From NCBI GenBank assembly GCA_964016885.1, contig OZ024741.1, positions 259,284,001-259,348,000 on the forward strand: a DNA stretch of 64,000 bases, written 5' to 3'. The notes under the pieces were generated by a model that worked only from the letters and a program-made list of their open reading frames with translations, was not told the DNA's origin and searched no databases. Source of the DNA: Eledone cirrhosa (lineage: Eukaryota). A program made the translations under genes and the position numbers. Below, piece after piece: positions 41,501 to 54,500 of this stretch; positions within the stretch are counted from its first letter, which is position 1; every line of letters begins with the position of its first letter.

Positions 41501-43258
41501 TATGTCGAAACATCCGTAAATCAGAACACTCCTAAGTCAAAACACTCGTAAGTCGAAACACTCGTAAGTCAAAAATACTCGTAAGTCGAAACACCCTTAA
41601 GTAAAAACACTCGTAAGTCGAAACACTCGTAAGCCGAAACACCCGTCAGTTAAAACACCCGTAAGTCGAAACACTCGTAAGTCAAAACTCTCGTACGCCG
41701 AAACACTCGTAAGTAAAAACATTAGTAAGTCGAAACACTCGTAAGCCGAAACACTCATAAGTCGAAACACTCGTAAGCCGAAACACCCGTAAGTCAAAAC
41801 ATTCGTAAGTCAAAACACTCGTAAGTCGAAACACCCGTAAGTCGAAACACTCGTATGTCGAAACACTCGTAAGCCGAAACACCGTAAGTAAAAACACTCA
41901 TAAGTCTAAACACCCACAAGTCGAAACACTCGTAAGCCGAAACACTCGTAAGTCGAAACACTCATAAGCCGAAACACTCGTAAGTCGGAACACTCGTAAA
42001 TCAGAACACCCGCAAGTCAGAACACTCGTATCGAAACACTCGTATGTCAAAACACCCGTAAGTCAAAACACTCGTAAGTCGAAACACTCGTAAGTAAAAA
42101 AACTCGTAAGTCGAAATACTCGTAAGTCGAAACACTCGTAAGCCGAAACAATCGTAATTCAAAACACTCGTAAGTCGAAACACTCGTAAGCCGAAACAAT
42201 CGTAAGTCGAAACACTCATAAGCCGAAAATACTCGTAAGTCGGAACACCCGTAAGCCGAAACACTCGTATGTCGAAACACTCGTAAGCCGAAACAACATA
42301 AGTAAAAACACTCGTAAGTCGAAACACCCATAAGTCGAAACACTCGTAAGCCGAAACACTCGTAAGTCGAAACACTCATAAGCCGAAACACTCGTAAGTC
42401 GGAACACTCGTAAATCAGAACACCCGCAAGTCAGAACACTCGTAAATCAGAACACTCTTAAGTCGAAACTCACGTACGCCGAAACACTCGTAAGTCGAAA
42501 CACTCGTAAGTCGAAACATCCTTAAGTCGAAACACTCGTACACCGAAACACTCGTAAGTATAAACATTAGTAAGTCGAAACACTCGTATGTCGAAACACT
42601 CGTAAACCGAAACACTCGTAAGTCGGAACACTCGTAAGTCAGAACACTCGTAAGTCAGAACACTCGTAAGTCGAAACACTCATAAGTCGATACACTCGTA
42701 AGTCGAAACACCCGTAAGTCGAAACACCCGTAAGTCGAAACACTCGTATGTCGAATAACTCGTAAGCCGAAACACCGTAAGTCAAAACACTCGTAAGTCG
42801 AAACACTCGTAAGTCGAAACACCCATAAGCCGAAACATTCGTAAGCCAAAACATTCGTAAGTCGAAACACTCGTAAACCGAAACACTCGTAAGCCAAAAC
42901 ATTCGTAAGTCGAAACACTCGTAAGTCGAAACACCCATAGCCGAAACACTTGTAAGTCTGAACACACGTAAGTCAGAACACCCGTAAGTCAGAACACTCG
43001 TAAGTCAGAACACTCGTAAGTCAGAACACTCGTAAATCAGAGCACTCGTATCGAAACACTCGTATGTCAAAACACCCGTAAGTCAAAACACTCGTAAGTC
43101 GAAACACTCGTAAGCCGAAACACCGTAAGCCAAAACACTCGTAAGTCGAAACATCCGTAAGTCGGAACACTCGTAAGTCGAAACACTCGTAAGTCGAAAC
43201 ACTCGTAAGCCGAAACACTCGTAAGCCGAAACACTCGTAAGTCGGAACACTCGTAAGT
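23504..43258 (+). repeat. Tandem duplication, period 9,871 bp (23504-33387 vs 33375-43258)
   Basis: The ORF track repeats at +9,871 (23644/33515, 24840/34711, 26995/36866, 33150/43021). Private variants are shared (CCGAAAATCAG at ~24913/34784; GAAACGCTCG at ~24874/34745). One difference noticed: 24509 G vs 34380 C. Confidence 0.92.
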
Positions 43259-43999
43259 AGGAAAAAAAAGTAAGTCAGAACACTCGTAAGTCAGAACACT
43301 CGTAAGTCAGAACACTCGTAAGTCAGAACACTCGTAAGTCGAAACACTCGTATCGAAACACTCGTATGTCAAAACACCCGTAAGTCAAAACACTCGTAAG
43401 TCGAAATACTCGTAAGTCGAAACATTCGTATGTCGAAACATCCGTAAATCAGAACACTCGTAAGTCGAAACACTCGTAAGTCGAAACACTCGTAAGCCGA
43501 AACACTCGTAAGTCGAAGCACTCGTATCGAAACACTCGTAAGTCGAAACACCCTTATGTCAAAACACTCGTAAGCCAAAACACTCGTAAGTCGAAACACT
43601 CGTAAGTCGGAACACTCGTAAGTCAGAACACTCGTACGTCAGAACACTCGTAAGTGGAAACACGCGTAAGTCGAAACACTCATAAGTCGAAACACTCGTA
43701 AGTCGAAACACCCGTAAGTCGAAACACCCGTAAGTCGAAACACTCGTATGTCGAATAACTCGTAAGCCGAAACACCGTAAGTCAAAACACTCGTAAGTCG
43801 AAACACTCGTAAGTCGAAACACCCATAAGCCGAAACACTCGTAAGTCGAAACACTCGTAAGCCGAAACACTCGTAAGCCGAAACACTCGTAAGTCGGAAC
43901 ACTCGTAAGTCGGAACACTCGTAAGTCAGAACACTCGTAAGTCAGAACACTCGTAAGTCAGAACACTCGTAAGTCAGAACACTCTTAAGTCAGAACACT

Positions 44000-46900
44000 C
44001 GTATCGAAACACGTATGTCAAAACACCCGTAAGTCAAAACACTCGTAAGTCGAAACACTCGTAAGTCGAAACACTCGTAAGCCGAAACAATCGTAAGTCA
44101 AAACACTCGTAAGTCGAAACACTCGTAAGTCGAAACACTCGTAAGCCGAAACACTCGTAAGTCGAAGCACTCGTATCGAAACACTCGTAATTCGAAACAC
44201 TCGTAAGTCGAAACACCCGTAAGTCGAAACACTCGTAAGTCGAAACACCCGTAAGTCGAAACATCCGTAAGTCAAAACACTCGTATGTCGAAACACTCGT
44301 AAGCCGAAACACTCGTAAGTCGGAACACTCGCAAGTCAGAACACTCGTAAGTCAGAACACTCGTAAGTCGAAACACTCGTAAGTCGAAATACCCGTAAGT
44401 CGAAACGCCCGTAAGTCAAATCACTCGTATGTCGAAACACTCGCAAGCCGAAAAACCGTAAGTCAAAACACTCGTAAGTCGAAACACTCGTAAATCGAAA
44501 CACTCGTAAGCCGAAACACTCGTAAGCGAAAACATTCGTTAGTCGAAACACTCGTATCCCGAAACACTCGTAAGTCGAAACACTCGAAAGCCGAAACACT
44601 CGTAAGTCGAAACACTCATAAGCCGAAACACTCGTAAGTCGGAACACTCGTAAGTCAGAACACCCGTAAATCAGAACACTCGTAGTCAGAGCACTCGTAA
44701 GTCGAAACACTCGTAAGCCGAAACACTCGCAAGTCGAAGCACTCGTAATCCGAAACACTCTTAAGTCGAAACACTCGTAAGTCGGAACACTCGTAAGTCA
44801 GAACACTCGTAAGTCAGAACACTCGTAAGTCGAAACACTCGTAAGCCGAAACATCCGTAAGTCAAAACATCCGTAAGTCAAAACATTCGTAAGTCGAAAC
44901 ACCCGTAGTCGAAACACTCGCAAGTCGAAACACTCGTAAGTCGAAACACGCGTAAGTCGAAACACATGTAAGTCAAAACACTCGTAAGTCAAAACACTCG
45001 TAAGCCGAAACACTCGTAAGTCGAAACACTCGTAAGTCGAAACACTCGTAAAGCGAAACGTATAAATAAATATTAATGTAATGAATTTGAAAAGCATAGA
45101 GATTTGAAACCGCGTCTATTTGTTATTTTCGTAAGTCGAAACACTCGTAAGCCGAAACACTCGTGAGCCGAAACACTCGTAAGTCGGAACACTCGTAAGT
45201 CAGAACACTCGTAAGTCAGAACACTCGTAAGTTAGAACACTCGTAAGTCAGAACACTCGTAAGTCAGAACACTCGTAAGTCGAAACACTCGTATCGAAAC
45301 ACTCGTATGTCAAAACACCCGTAAGTCAAAACACTCGTAAGTCGAAACACTCGTAAGTCGAAACACTCGTAAGCCGAAACACTCGTAAGCCGAAACACTC
45401 GTAAGTCGGAACACTCGTAAGTCGGAACACTCGTAAGTCAGAACACTCGTAAGTCAGAACACTCGTAAGTCAGAACACTCGTAAGTCAGAACACTCGTAA
45501 GTCGAAACACTCGTATCGAAACACTCGTATGTCAAAACACCCGTAAGTCAAAACACTCGTAAGTCGAAACACTCGTAAGTCGAAACACTCGTATGTCGAA
45601 ACATCCGTAAATCAGAACACTCGTAAGTCGAAACACTCGTAAGTCGAAACACTCGTAAGCCGAAACACTCGTAAGTCGAAGCACTCGTATCGAAACACTC
45701 GTAAGTCGAAACACCCTTAAGTCAAAACACTCGTAAGCCAAAACACTCGTAAGTCGAAACACTCGTAAGTCGGAACACTCGTAAGTCAGAACACTCGTAA
45801 GTCAGAACACTCGTAAGTGGAAACACGCGTAAGTCGAAAGACCCGTAAGTCAAAAATCTCGTAAGTCAAAACACTCGTAAGCCGAAACACTCGTAAGTCG
45901 AAACACTCGTAAGTCGAAACATTCGTAAAGCGAAACGTATAAATAAAGATTAATGTAATGAACTTGAAAAGCATAGATATTTGAAACCGCGTCTATTTGT
46001 TATTTTCGTAAGTCGAAACACTCGTAAGTCAGAACACTCGTAAGTCAGAACACTCTTAAGTCAGAACACTCGTATCGAAACACGTATGTCAAAACACCCG
46101 TAAGTCAAAACACTCGTAAGTCGAAACACTCGTAAGTCGAAACACTCGTAAGCCGAAACAATCGTAAGTCAAAACACTCGTAAGTCGAAACACTCGTAAG
46201 CCGAAAATACTCGTAAGTCGGAACACCCGTAAGCCGAAACCCTCGTAGGTCGGAACACTCGTAAGTCGAAACACTCGTAAGTCGAAACACCCGTAAGTCG
46301 AAACACTCGTAAGTCGAAACACCCGTAAGTCGAAACATCCGTAAGTCAAAACACTCGTATGTCGAAACACTCGTAAGCCGAAACACTCGTAAGTCGGAAC
46401 ACTCGCAAGTCAGAACACTCGTAAGTCAGAACACTCGTAAGTCGAAACACTCGTAAGTCGAAACACCCGTAAGTCGAAACGCCCGTAAGTCAAAACACTC
46501 GTATGTCGAAACACTCGCAAGCCGAAAAACCGTAAGTCAAAACACTCGTAAGTCGAAACACTCGTAAATCGAAACACTCGTAAGCCGAAACACTCGTAAG
46601 CGAAAACATTCGTTAGTCGAAACACTCGTAACCCGAAACACTCGTAAGTCGAAACACTCGAAAGCCGAAACACTCGTAAGGCGAAACACTCATAAGCCGA
46701 AACACTCGTAAGTCGGAACACTCGTAAGTCAGAACACCCGTAAATCAGAACACTCGTAGTCAGAACACTCGTAAGTCGAAACACTCGTAAGCCGAAACAC
46801 TCGCAAGTCGAAGCACTCGTAATCCGAAACACTCTTAAGTCGAAACACTCGTAAGTCGGAACACTCGTAAGTCAGAACACTCGTAAGTCAGAACACTCGT

Positions 46901-49900
46901 AAGTCGAAACACTCGTAAGCCGAAACATCCGTAAGTCAAAACATCCGTAAGTCAAAACATTCGTAAGTCGAAACACCCGTAGTCGAAACACTCGCAAGTC
47001 GAAACACTCGTAAGTCGAAACACGCGTAAGTCGAAACACATGTAAGTCAAAACACTCGTAAGTTAAAACACTCGTAAGCCGAAACACTCGTAAGTCGAAA
47101 CACTCGTAAGTCGAAACACTCGTAAAGCGAAACGTATAAACAAATATTAATGTAATGAATTTGAAAAGCATAGAGATTTGAAACCGCGTCTATTTGTTAT
47201 TTTCGTAAGTCGAAACACTCGTAAGCCGAAACACTCGTGAGCCGAAACACTCGTAAGTCGGAACACTCGTAAGTCAGAACACTCGTAAGTCAGAACACTC
47301 GTAAGTTAGAACACTCGTAAGTCAGAACACTCGTAAGTCAGAACACTCGTAAGTCGAAACACTCGTATCGAAACAATCGTATGTCAAAACACCCGTAAGT
47401 CAAAACACTCGTAAGTCGAAACACTCGTAAGTCGAAACACTCGTAAGCCGAAACACTCGTAAGCCGAAACACTCGTAAGTCGGAACACTCGTAAGTCGGA
47501 ACACTCGTAAGTCAGAACACTCGTAAGTCAGAACACTCGTAAGTCAGAACACTCGTAAGTCAGAACACTCGTAAGTCGAAACACTCGTATCGAAACACTC
47601 GTATGTCAAAACACCCGTAAGTCAAAACACTCGTAAGTCGAAACACTCGTAAGTCGAAACACTCGTATGTCGAAACATCCGTAAATCAGAACACTCGTAA
47701 GTCGAAACACTCGTAAGTCGAAACACTCGTAAGCCGAAACACTCGTAAGTCGAAGCACTCGTATCGAAACACTCGTAAGTCGAAACACCCTTAAGTCAAA
47801 ACACTCGTAAGCCAAAACACTCGTACGTCGAAACACTCGTAAGTCGGAACACTCGTAAGTCAGAACACTCGTAAGTCAGAACACTCGTAAGTGGAAACAC
47901 GCGTAAGTCGAAAGACCCGTAAGTCAAAAATCTCGTAAGTCAAAACACTCGTAAGCCGAAACACTCGTAAGTCGAAACACTCGTAAGTCGAAACATTCGT
48001 AAAGCGAAACGTATAAATAAAGATTAATGTAATGAACTTGAAAAGCATAGATATTTGAAACCGCGTCTATTTGTTATTTTCGTAAGTCGAAACACTCGTA
48101 AGTCAGAACACTCGTATCGAAACACGTATGTCAAAACACCCGTAAGTCAAAACACTCGTAAGTCGAAACACTCGTAAGTCGAAACACTCGTAAGCCGAAA
48201 ATATTCGTAAGTCGGAACACCCGTAAGCCGAAACCCTCGTAGGTCGGAACACTCGTAAGTCGAAACACTCGTAAGTCGAAACACCCGTAAGTCGAAACAC
48301 TCGTAAGTCGAAACACCCGTAAGTCGAAACATCCGTAAGTCAAAACACTCGTATGTCGAAACACTCGTAAGCCGAAACACTCGTAAGTCGGAACACTCGC
48401 AAGTCAGAACACTCGTAAGTCAGAACACTCGTAAGTCGAAACACTCGTAAGTCGAAACACCCGTAAGTCGAAACGCCCGTAAGTCAAAACACTCGTTTGT
48501 CGAAACACTCGCAAGCCGAAAAACCGTAAGTCAAAACACTCGTAAGTCGAAACATTCGTAAATCGAAACACTCGTAAGCCGAAACACTCGTAAGCGAAAA
48601 CATTCGTTAGTCGAAACACTCGTAACCCGAAACACTCGTAAGTCGAAACACTCGAAAGCCGAAACACTCGTAAGTCGAAACACTCATAAGCCGAAACACT
48701 CGTAAGTCGGAACACTCGTAAGTCAGAACACCCGTAAATCAGAACACTCGTAGTCAGAACACTCGTAAGTCGAAACACTCGTAAGCCGAAACACTCGCAA
48801 GTCGAAGCACTCGTAATCCGAAACACTCTTAAGTCGAAACACTCGTAAGTCGGAACACTCGTAAGTCAGAACACTCGTAAGTCAGAACACTCGTAAGTCG
48901 AAACACTCGTAAGCCGAAACATCCGTAAGTCAAAACATCCGTAAGTCAAAACATTCGTAAGTCGAAACACCCGTAGTCGAAACACTCGCAAGTCGAAAAA
49001 CTCGTAAGTCGAAACACGCGTAAGTCGAAACACATGTAAGTCAAAACACTCGTAAGTCAAAACACTCGTAAGCCGAAACACTCGTAAGTCGAAACACTCG
49101 TAAGTCGAAACACTCGTAAAGCGAAACGTATAAATAAAGATTAATGTAATGAATTTGAAAAGCATAGAGATTTGAAACCGCGTCTATTTGTTATTTTCGT
49201 AAGTCGAAACACTCGTAAGCCGAAACACTCGTGAGCCGAAACACTCGTAAGTCGGAACACTCGTAAGTCAGAACACTCGTAAGTCAGAACACTCGTAAGT
49301 TAGAACACTCGTAAGTCAGAACACTCGTAAGTCAGAACACTCGTAAGTCGAAACACTCGTATCGAAAGACTCGTATGTCAAAACACCCGTAAGTCAAAAC
49401 ACTCGTAAGTCGAAACACTCGTAAGTCGAAACACTCGTAAGCCGAAACACTCGTAAGCCGAAACACTCGTAAGTCGGAACACTCGTAAGTCGGAACACTC
49501 GTAAGTCAGAACACTCGTAAGTCAGAACACTCGTAAGTCAGAACACTCGTAAGTCAGAACACTCGTAAGTCGAAACACTCGTATCGAAACACTCGTATGT
49601 CAAAACACCCGTAAGTCAAAACACTCGTAAGTCGAAACACTCGTAAGTCGAACCACTCGTATGTCGAAACATCCGTAAATCAGAACACTCGTAAGTCGAA
49701 ACACTCGTAAGTCGAAACACTCGTAAGCCGAAACACTCGTAAGTCGAAGCACTCGTATCGAAACACTCGTAAGTCGAAACACCCTTAAGTCAAAACACTA
49801 GTAAGCCAAAACACTCGTAAGTCGAAACACTCGTAAGTCGGAACACTCGTAAGTCAGAACACTCGTAAGTCAGAACACTCGTAAGTGGAAACACGCGTAA

Positions 49901-52900
49901 GTCGAAAGACCCGTAAGTCAAAAATCTCGTAAGTCAAAACACTCGTAAGCCGAAACACTCGTAAGTCGAAACACTCGTAAGTCGAAACATTCGTAAAGCG
50001 AAACGTATAAATAAAGATTAATGTAATGAACTTGAAAAGCATAGATATTTGAAACCGCGTCTATTTGTTATTTTCGTAAGTCGAAACACTCGTAAGTCAG
50101 AACACTCGTAAGTCAGAACACTCTTAAGTCAGAACACTCGTATCGAAACACGTATGTCAAAACACCCGTAAGTCAAAACACTCGTAAGTCGAAACACTCG
50201 TAAGTCGAAACACTCGTAAGCCGAAACAATCGTAAGTCAAAACACTCGTAAGTCGAAACACTCGTAAGCCGAAAATACTCGTAAGTCGGAACACCCGTAA
50301 GCCGAAACCCTCGTAGGTCGGAACACTCGTAAGTCGAAACACTCGTAAGTCGAAACACCCGTAAGTCGAAACACTCGTAAGTCGAAACACCCGTAAGTCG
50401 AAACATCCGTAAGTCAAAACACTCGTATGTCGAAACACTCGTAAGCCGAAACACTCGTAAGTCGGAACACTCGCAAGTCAGAACACTCGTAAGTCAGAAC
50501 ACTCGTAAGTCGAAACACTCGTAAGTCGAAACACCCGTAAGTCGAAACGCCCGTAAGTCAAAACACTCGTATGTCGAAACACTCGCAAGCCGAAAAACCG
50601 TAAGTCAAAACACTCGTAAGTCGAAACACTCGTAAATCGAAACACTCGTAAGCCGAAACACTCGTAAGCGAAAACATTCGTTAGTCGAAACACTCGTAAC
50701 CCGAAACACTCGTAAGTCGAAACACTCGAAAGCCGAAACACTCGTAAGGCGAAACACTCATAAGCCGAAACACTCGTAAGTCGGAACACTCGTAAGTCAG
50801 AACACCCGTAAATCAGAACACTCGTAGTCAGAACACTCGTAAGTCGAAACACTCGTAAGCCGAAACACTCGCAAGTCGAAGCACTCGTAATCCGAAACAC
50901 TCTTAAGTCGAAACACTCGTAAGTCGGAACACTCGTAAGTCAGAACACTCGTAAGTCAGAACACTCGTAAGTCGAAACACTCGTAAGCCGAAACATCCGT
51001 AAGTCAAAACATCCGTAAGTCAAAACATTCGTAAGTCGAAACACCCGTAGTCGAAACACTCGCAAGTCGAAACACTCGTAAGTCGAAACACGCGTAAGTC
51101 GAAACACATGTAAGTCAAAACACTCGTAAGTTAAAACACTCGTAAGCCGAAACACTCGTAAGTCGAAACACTCGTAAGTCGAAACACTCGTAAAGCGAAA
51201 CGTATAAACAAATATTAATGTAATGAATTTGAAAAGCATAGAGATTTGAAACCGCGTCTATTTGTTATTTTCGTAAGTCGAAACACTCGTAAGCCGAAAC
51301 ACTCGTGAGCCGAAACACTCGTAAGTCGGAACACTCGTAAGTCAGAACACTCGTAAGTCAGAACACTCGTAAGTTAGAACACTCGTAAGTCAGAACACTC
51401 GTAAGTCAGAACACTCGTAAGTCGAAACACTCGTATCGAAACAATCGTATGTCAAAACACCCGTAAGTCAAAACACTCGTAAGTCGAAACACTCGTAAGT
51501 CGAAACACTCGTAAGCCGAAACACTCGTAAGCCGAAACACTCGTAAGTCGGAACACTCGTAAGTCGGAACACTCGTAAGTCAGAACACTCGTAAGTCAGA
51601 ACACTCGTAAGTCAGAACACTCGTAAGTCAGAACACTCGTAAGTCGAAACACTCGTATCGAAACACTCGTATGTCAAAACACCCGTAAGTCAAAACACTC
51701 GTAAGTCGAAACACTCGTAAGTCGAAACACTCGTATGTCGAAACATCCGTAAATCAGAACACTCGTAAGTCGAAACACTCGTAAGTCGAAACACTCGTAA
51801 GCCGAAACACTCGTAAGTCGAAGCACTCGTATCGAAACACTCGTAAGTCGAAACACCCTTAAGTCAAAACACTCGTAAGCCAAAACACTCGTACGTCGAA
51901 ACACTCGTAAGTCGGAACACTCGTAAGTCAGAACACTCGTAAGTCAGAACACTCGTAAGTGGAAACACGCGTAAGTCGAAAGACCCGTAAGTCAAAAATC
52001 TCGTAAGTCAAAACACTCGTAAGCCGAAACACTCGTAAGTCGAAACACTCGTAAGTCGAAACATTCGTAAAGCGAAACGTATAAATAAAGATTAATGTAA
52101 TGAACTTGAAAAGCATAGATATTTGAAACCGCGTCTATTTGTTATTTTCGTAAGTCGAAACACTCGTAAGTCAGAACACTCGTATCGAAACACGTATGTC
52201 AAAACACCCGTAAGTCAAAACACTCGTAAGTCGAAACACTCGTAAGTCGAAACACTCGTAAGCCGAAAATATTCGTAAGTCGGAACACCCGTAAGCCGAA
52301 ACCCTCGTAGGTCGGAACACTCGTAAGTCGAAACACTCGTAAGTCGAAACACCCGTAAGTCGAAACACTCGTAAGTCGAAACACCCGTAAGTCGAAACAT
52401 CCGTAAGTCAAAACACTCGTATGTCGAAACACTCGTAAGCCGAAACACTCGTAAGTCGGAACACTCGCAAGTCAGAACACTCGTAAGTCAGAACACTCGT
52501 AAGTCGAAACACTCGTAAGTCGAAACACCCGTAAGTCGAAACGCCCGTAAGTCAAAACACTCGTTTGTCGAAACACTCGCAAGCCGAAAAACCGTAAGTC
52601 AAAACACTCGTAAGTCGAAACATTCGTAAATCGAAACACTCGTAAGCCGAAACACTCGTAAGCGAAAACATTCGTTAGTCGAAACACTCGTAACCCGAAA
52701 CACTCGTAAGTCGAAACACTCGAAAGCCGAAACACTCGTAAGTCGAAACACTCATAAGCCGAAACACTCGTAAGTCGGAACACTCGTAAGTCAGAACACC
52801 CGTAAATCAGAACACTCGTAGTCAGAACACTCGTAAGTCGAAACACTCGTAAGCCGAAACACTCGCAAGTCGAAGCACTCGTAATCCGAAACACTCTTAA

Positions 52901-54500
52901 GTCGAAACACTCGTAAGTCGGAACACTCGTAAGTCAGAACACTCGTAAGTCAGAACACTCGTAAGTCGAAACACTCGTAAGCCGAAACATCCGTAAGTCA
53001 AAACATCCGTAAGTCAAAACATTCGTAAGTCGAAACACCCGTAGTCGAAACACTCGCAAGTCGAAAAACTCGTAAGTCGAAACACGCGTAAGTCGAAACA
53101 CATGTAAGTCAAAACACTCGTAAGTCAAAACACTCGTAAGCCGAAACACTCGTAAGTCGAAACACTCGTAAGTCGAAACACTCGTAAAGCGAAACGTATA
53201 AATAAAGATTAATGTAATGAATTTGAAAAGCATAGAGATTTGAAACCGCGTCTATTTGTTATTTTCGTAAGTCGAAACACTCGTAAGCCGAAACACTCGT
53301 GAGCCGAAACACTCGTAAGTCGGAACACTCGTAAGTCAGAACACTCGTAAGTCAGAACACTCGTAAGTTAGAACACTCGTAAGTCAGAACACTCGTAAGT
53401 CAGAACACTCGTAAGTCGAAACACTCGTATCGAAAGACTCGTATGTCAAAACACCCGTAAGTCAAAACACTCGTAAGTCGAAACACTCGTAAGTCGAAAC
53501 ACTCGTAAGCCGAAACACTCGTAAGCCGAAACACTCGTAAGTCGGAACACTCGTAAGTCGGAACACTCGTAAGTCAGAACACTCGTAAGTCAGAACACTC
53601 GTAAGTCAGAACACTCGTAAGTCAGAACACTCGTAAGTCGAAACACTCGTATCGAAACACTCGTATGTCAAAACACCCGTAAGTCAAAACACTCGTAAGT
53701 CGAAACACTCGTAAGTCGAACCACTCGTATGTCGAAACATCCGTAAATCAGAACACTCGTAAGTCGAAACACTCGTAAGTCGAAACACTCGTAAGCCGAA
53801 ACACTCGTAAGTCGAAGCACTCGTATCGAAACACTCGTAAGTCGAAACACCCTTAAGTCAAAACACTAGTAAGCCAAAACACTCGTAAGTCGAAACACTC
53901 GTAAGTCGGAACACTCGTAAGTCAGAACACTCGTAAGTCAGAACACTCGTAAGTGGAAACACGCGTAAGTCGAAAGACCCGTAAGTCAAAAATCTCGTAA
54001 GTCAAAACACTCGTAAGCCGAAACACTCGTAAGTCGAAACACTCGTAAGTCGAAACACTCGTAAGTCGAAACATTCGTAAAGCGAAACGTATAAATAAAG
54101 ATTAATGTAATGAACTTGAAAAGCATAGATATTTGAAACCGCGTCTATTTGTTATTTTCGTAAGTCGAAACACTCGTAAGTCAGAACACTCGTAAGTCAG
54201 AACACTCTTAAGTCAGAACACTCGTATCGAAACACGTATGTCAAAACACCCGTAAGTCAAAACACTCGTAAGTCGAAACACTCGTAAGTCGAAACACTCG
54301 TAAGCCGAAACAATCGTAAGTCAAAACACTCGTAAGTCGAAACACTCGTAAGCCGAAAATACTCGTAAGTCGGAACACCCGTAAGCCGAAACCCTCGTAG
54401 GTCGGAACACTCGTAAGTCAAAACACTCGTAAGTCGAAACACCCGTATGTCGAAACACTCGTAAGTCGAAACACCCGTAAGTCGAAACATCCGTAAGTCA
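44000..54500 (+). repeat. Tandem run of ~2-kb A/B higher-order repeats (~5 copies)
   Basis: B-to-B spacings 2074, 1994, 2074, 1994; A-to-A spacings 2074, 1994, 2074, 2010. Boundaries are approximate. Confidence 0.93.
45733..54057 (+). repeat. Tandem duplication of a HOR dimer, period 4,068 bp (2,074 + 1,994)
   Basis: Private variants at +4068: TAAGGCG (46681/50749), TAAACAAATA (47141/51209), CGTACGTCG (47826/51894), CGTTTGTC (48497/52565), GAACCACTC (49653/53721), CACTAGTAAG (49800/53868). Confidence 0.92.
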
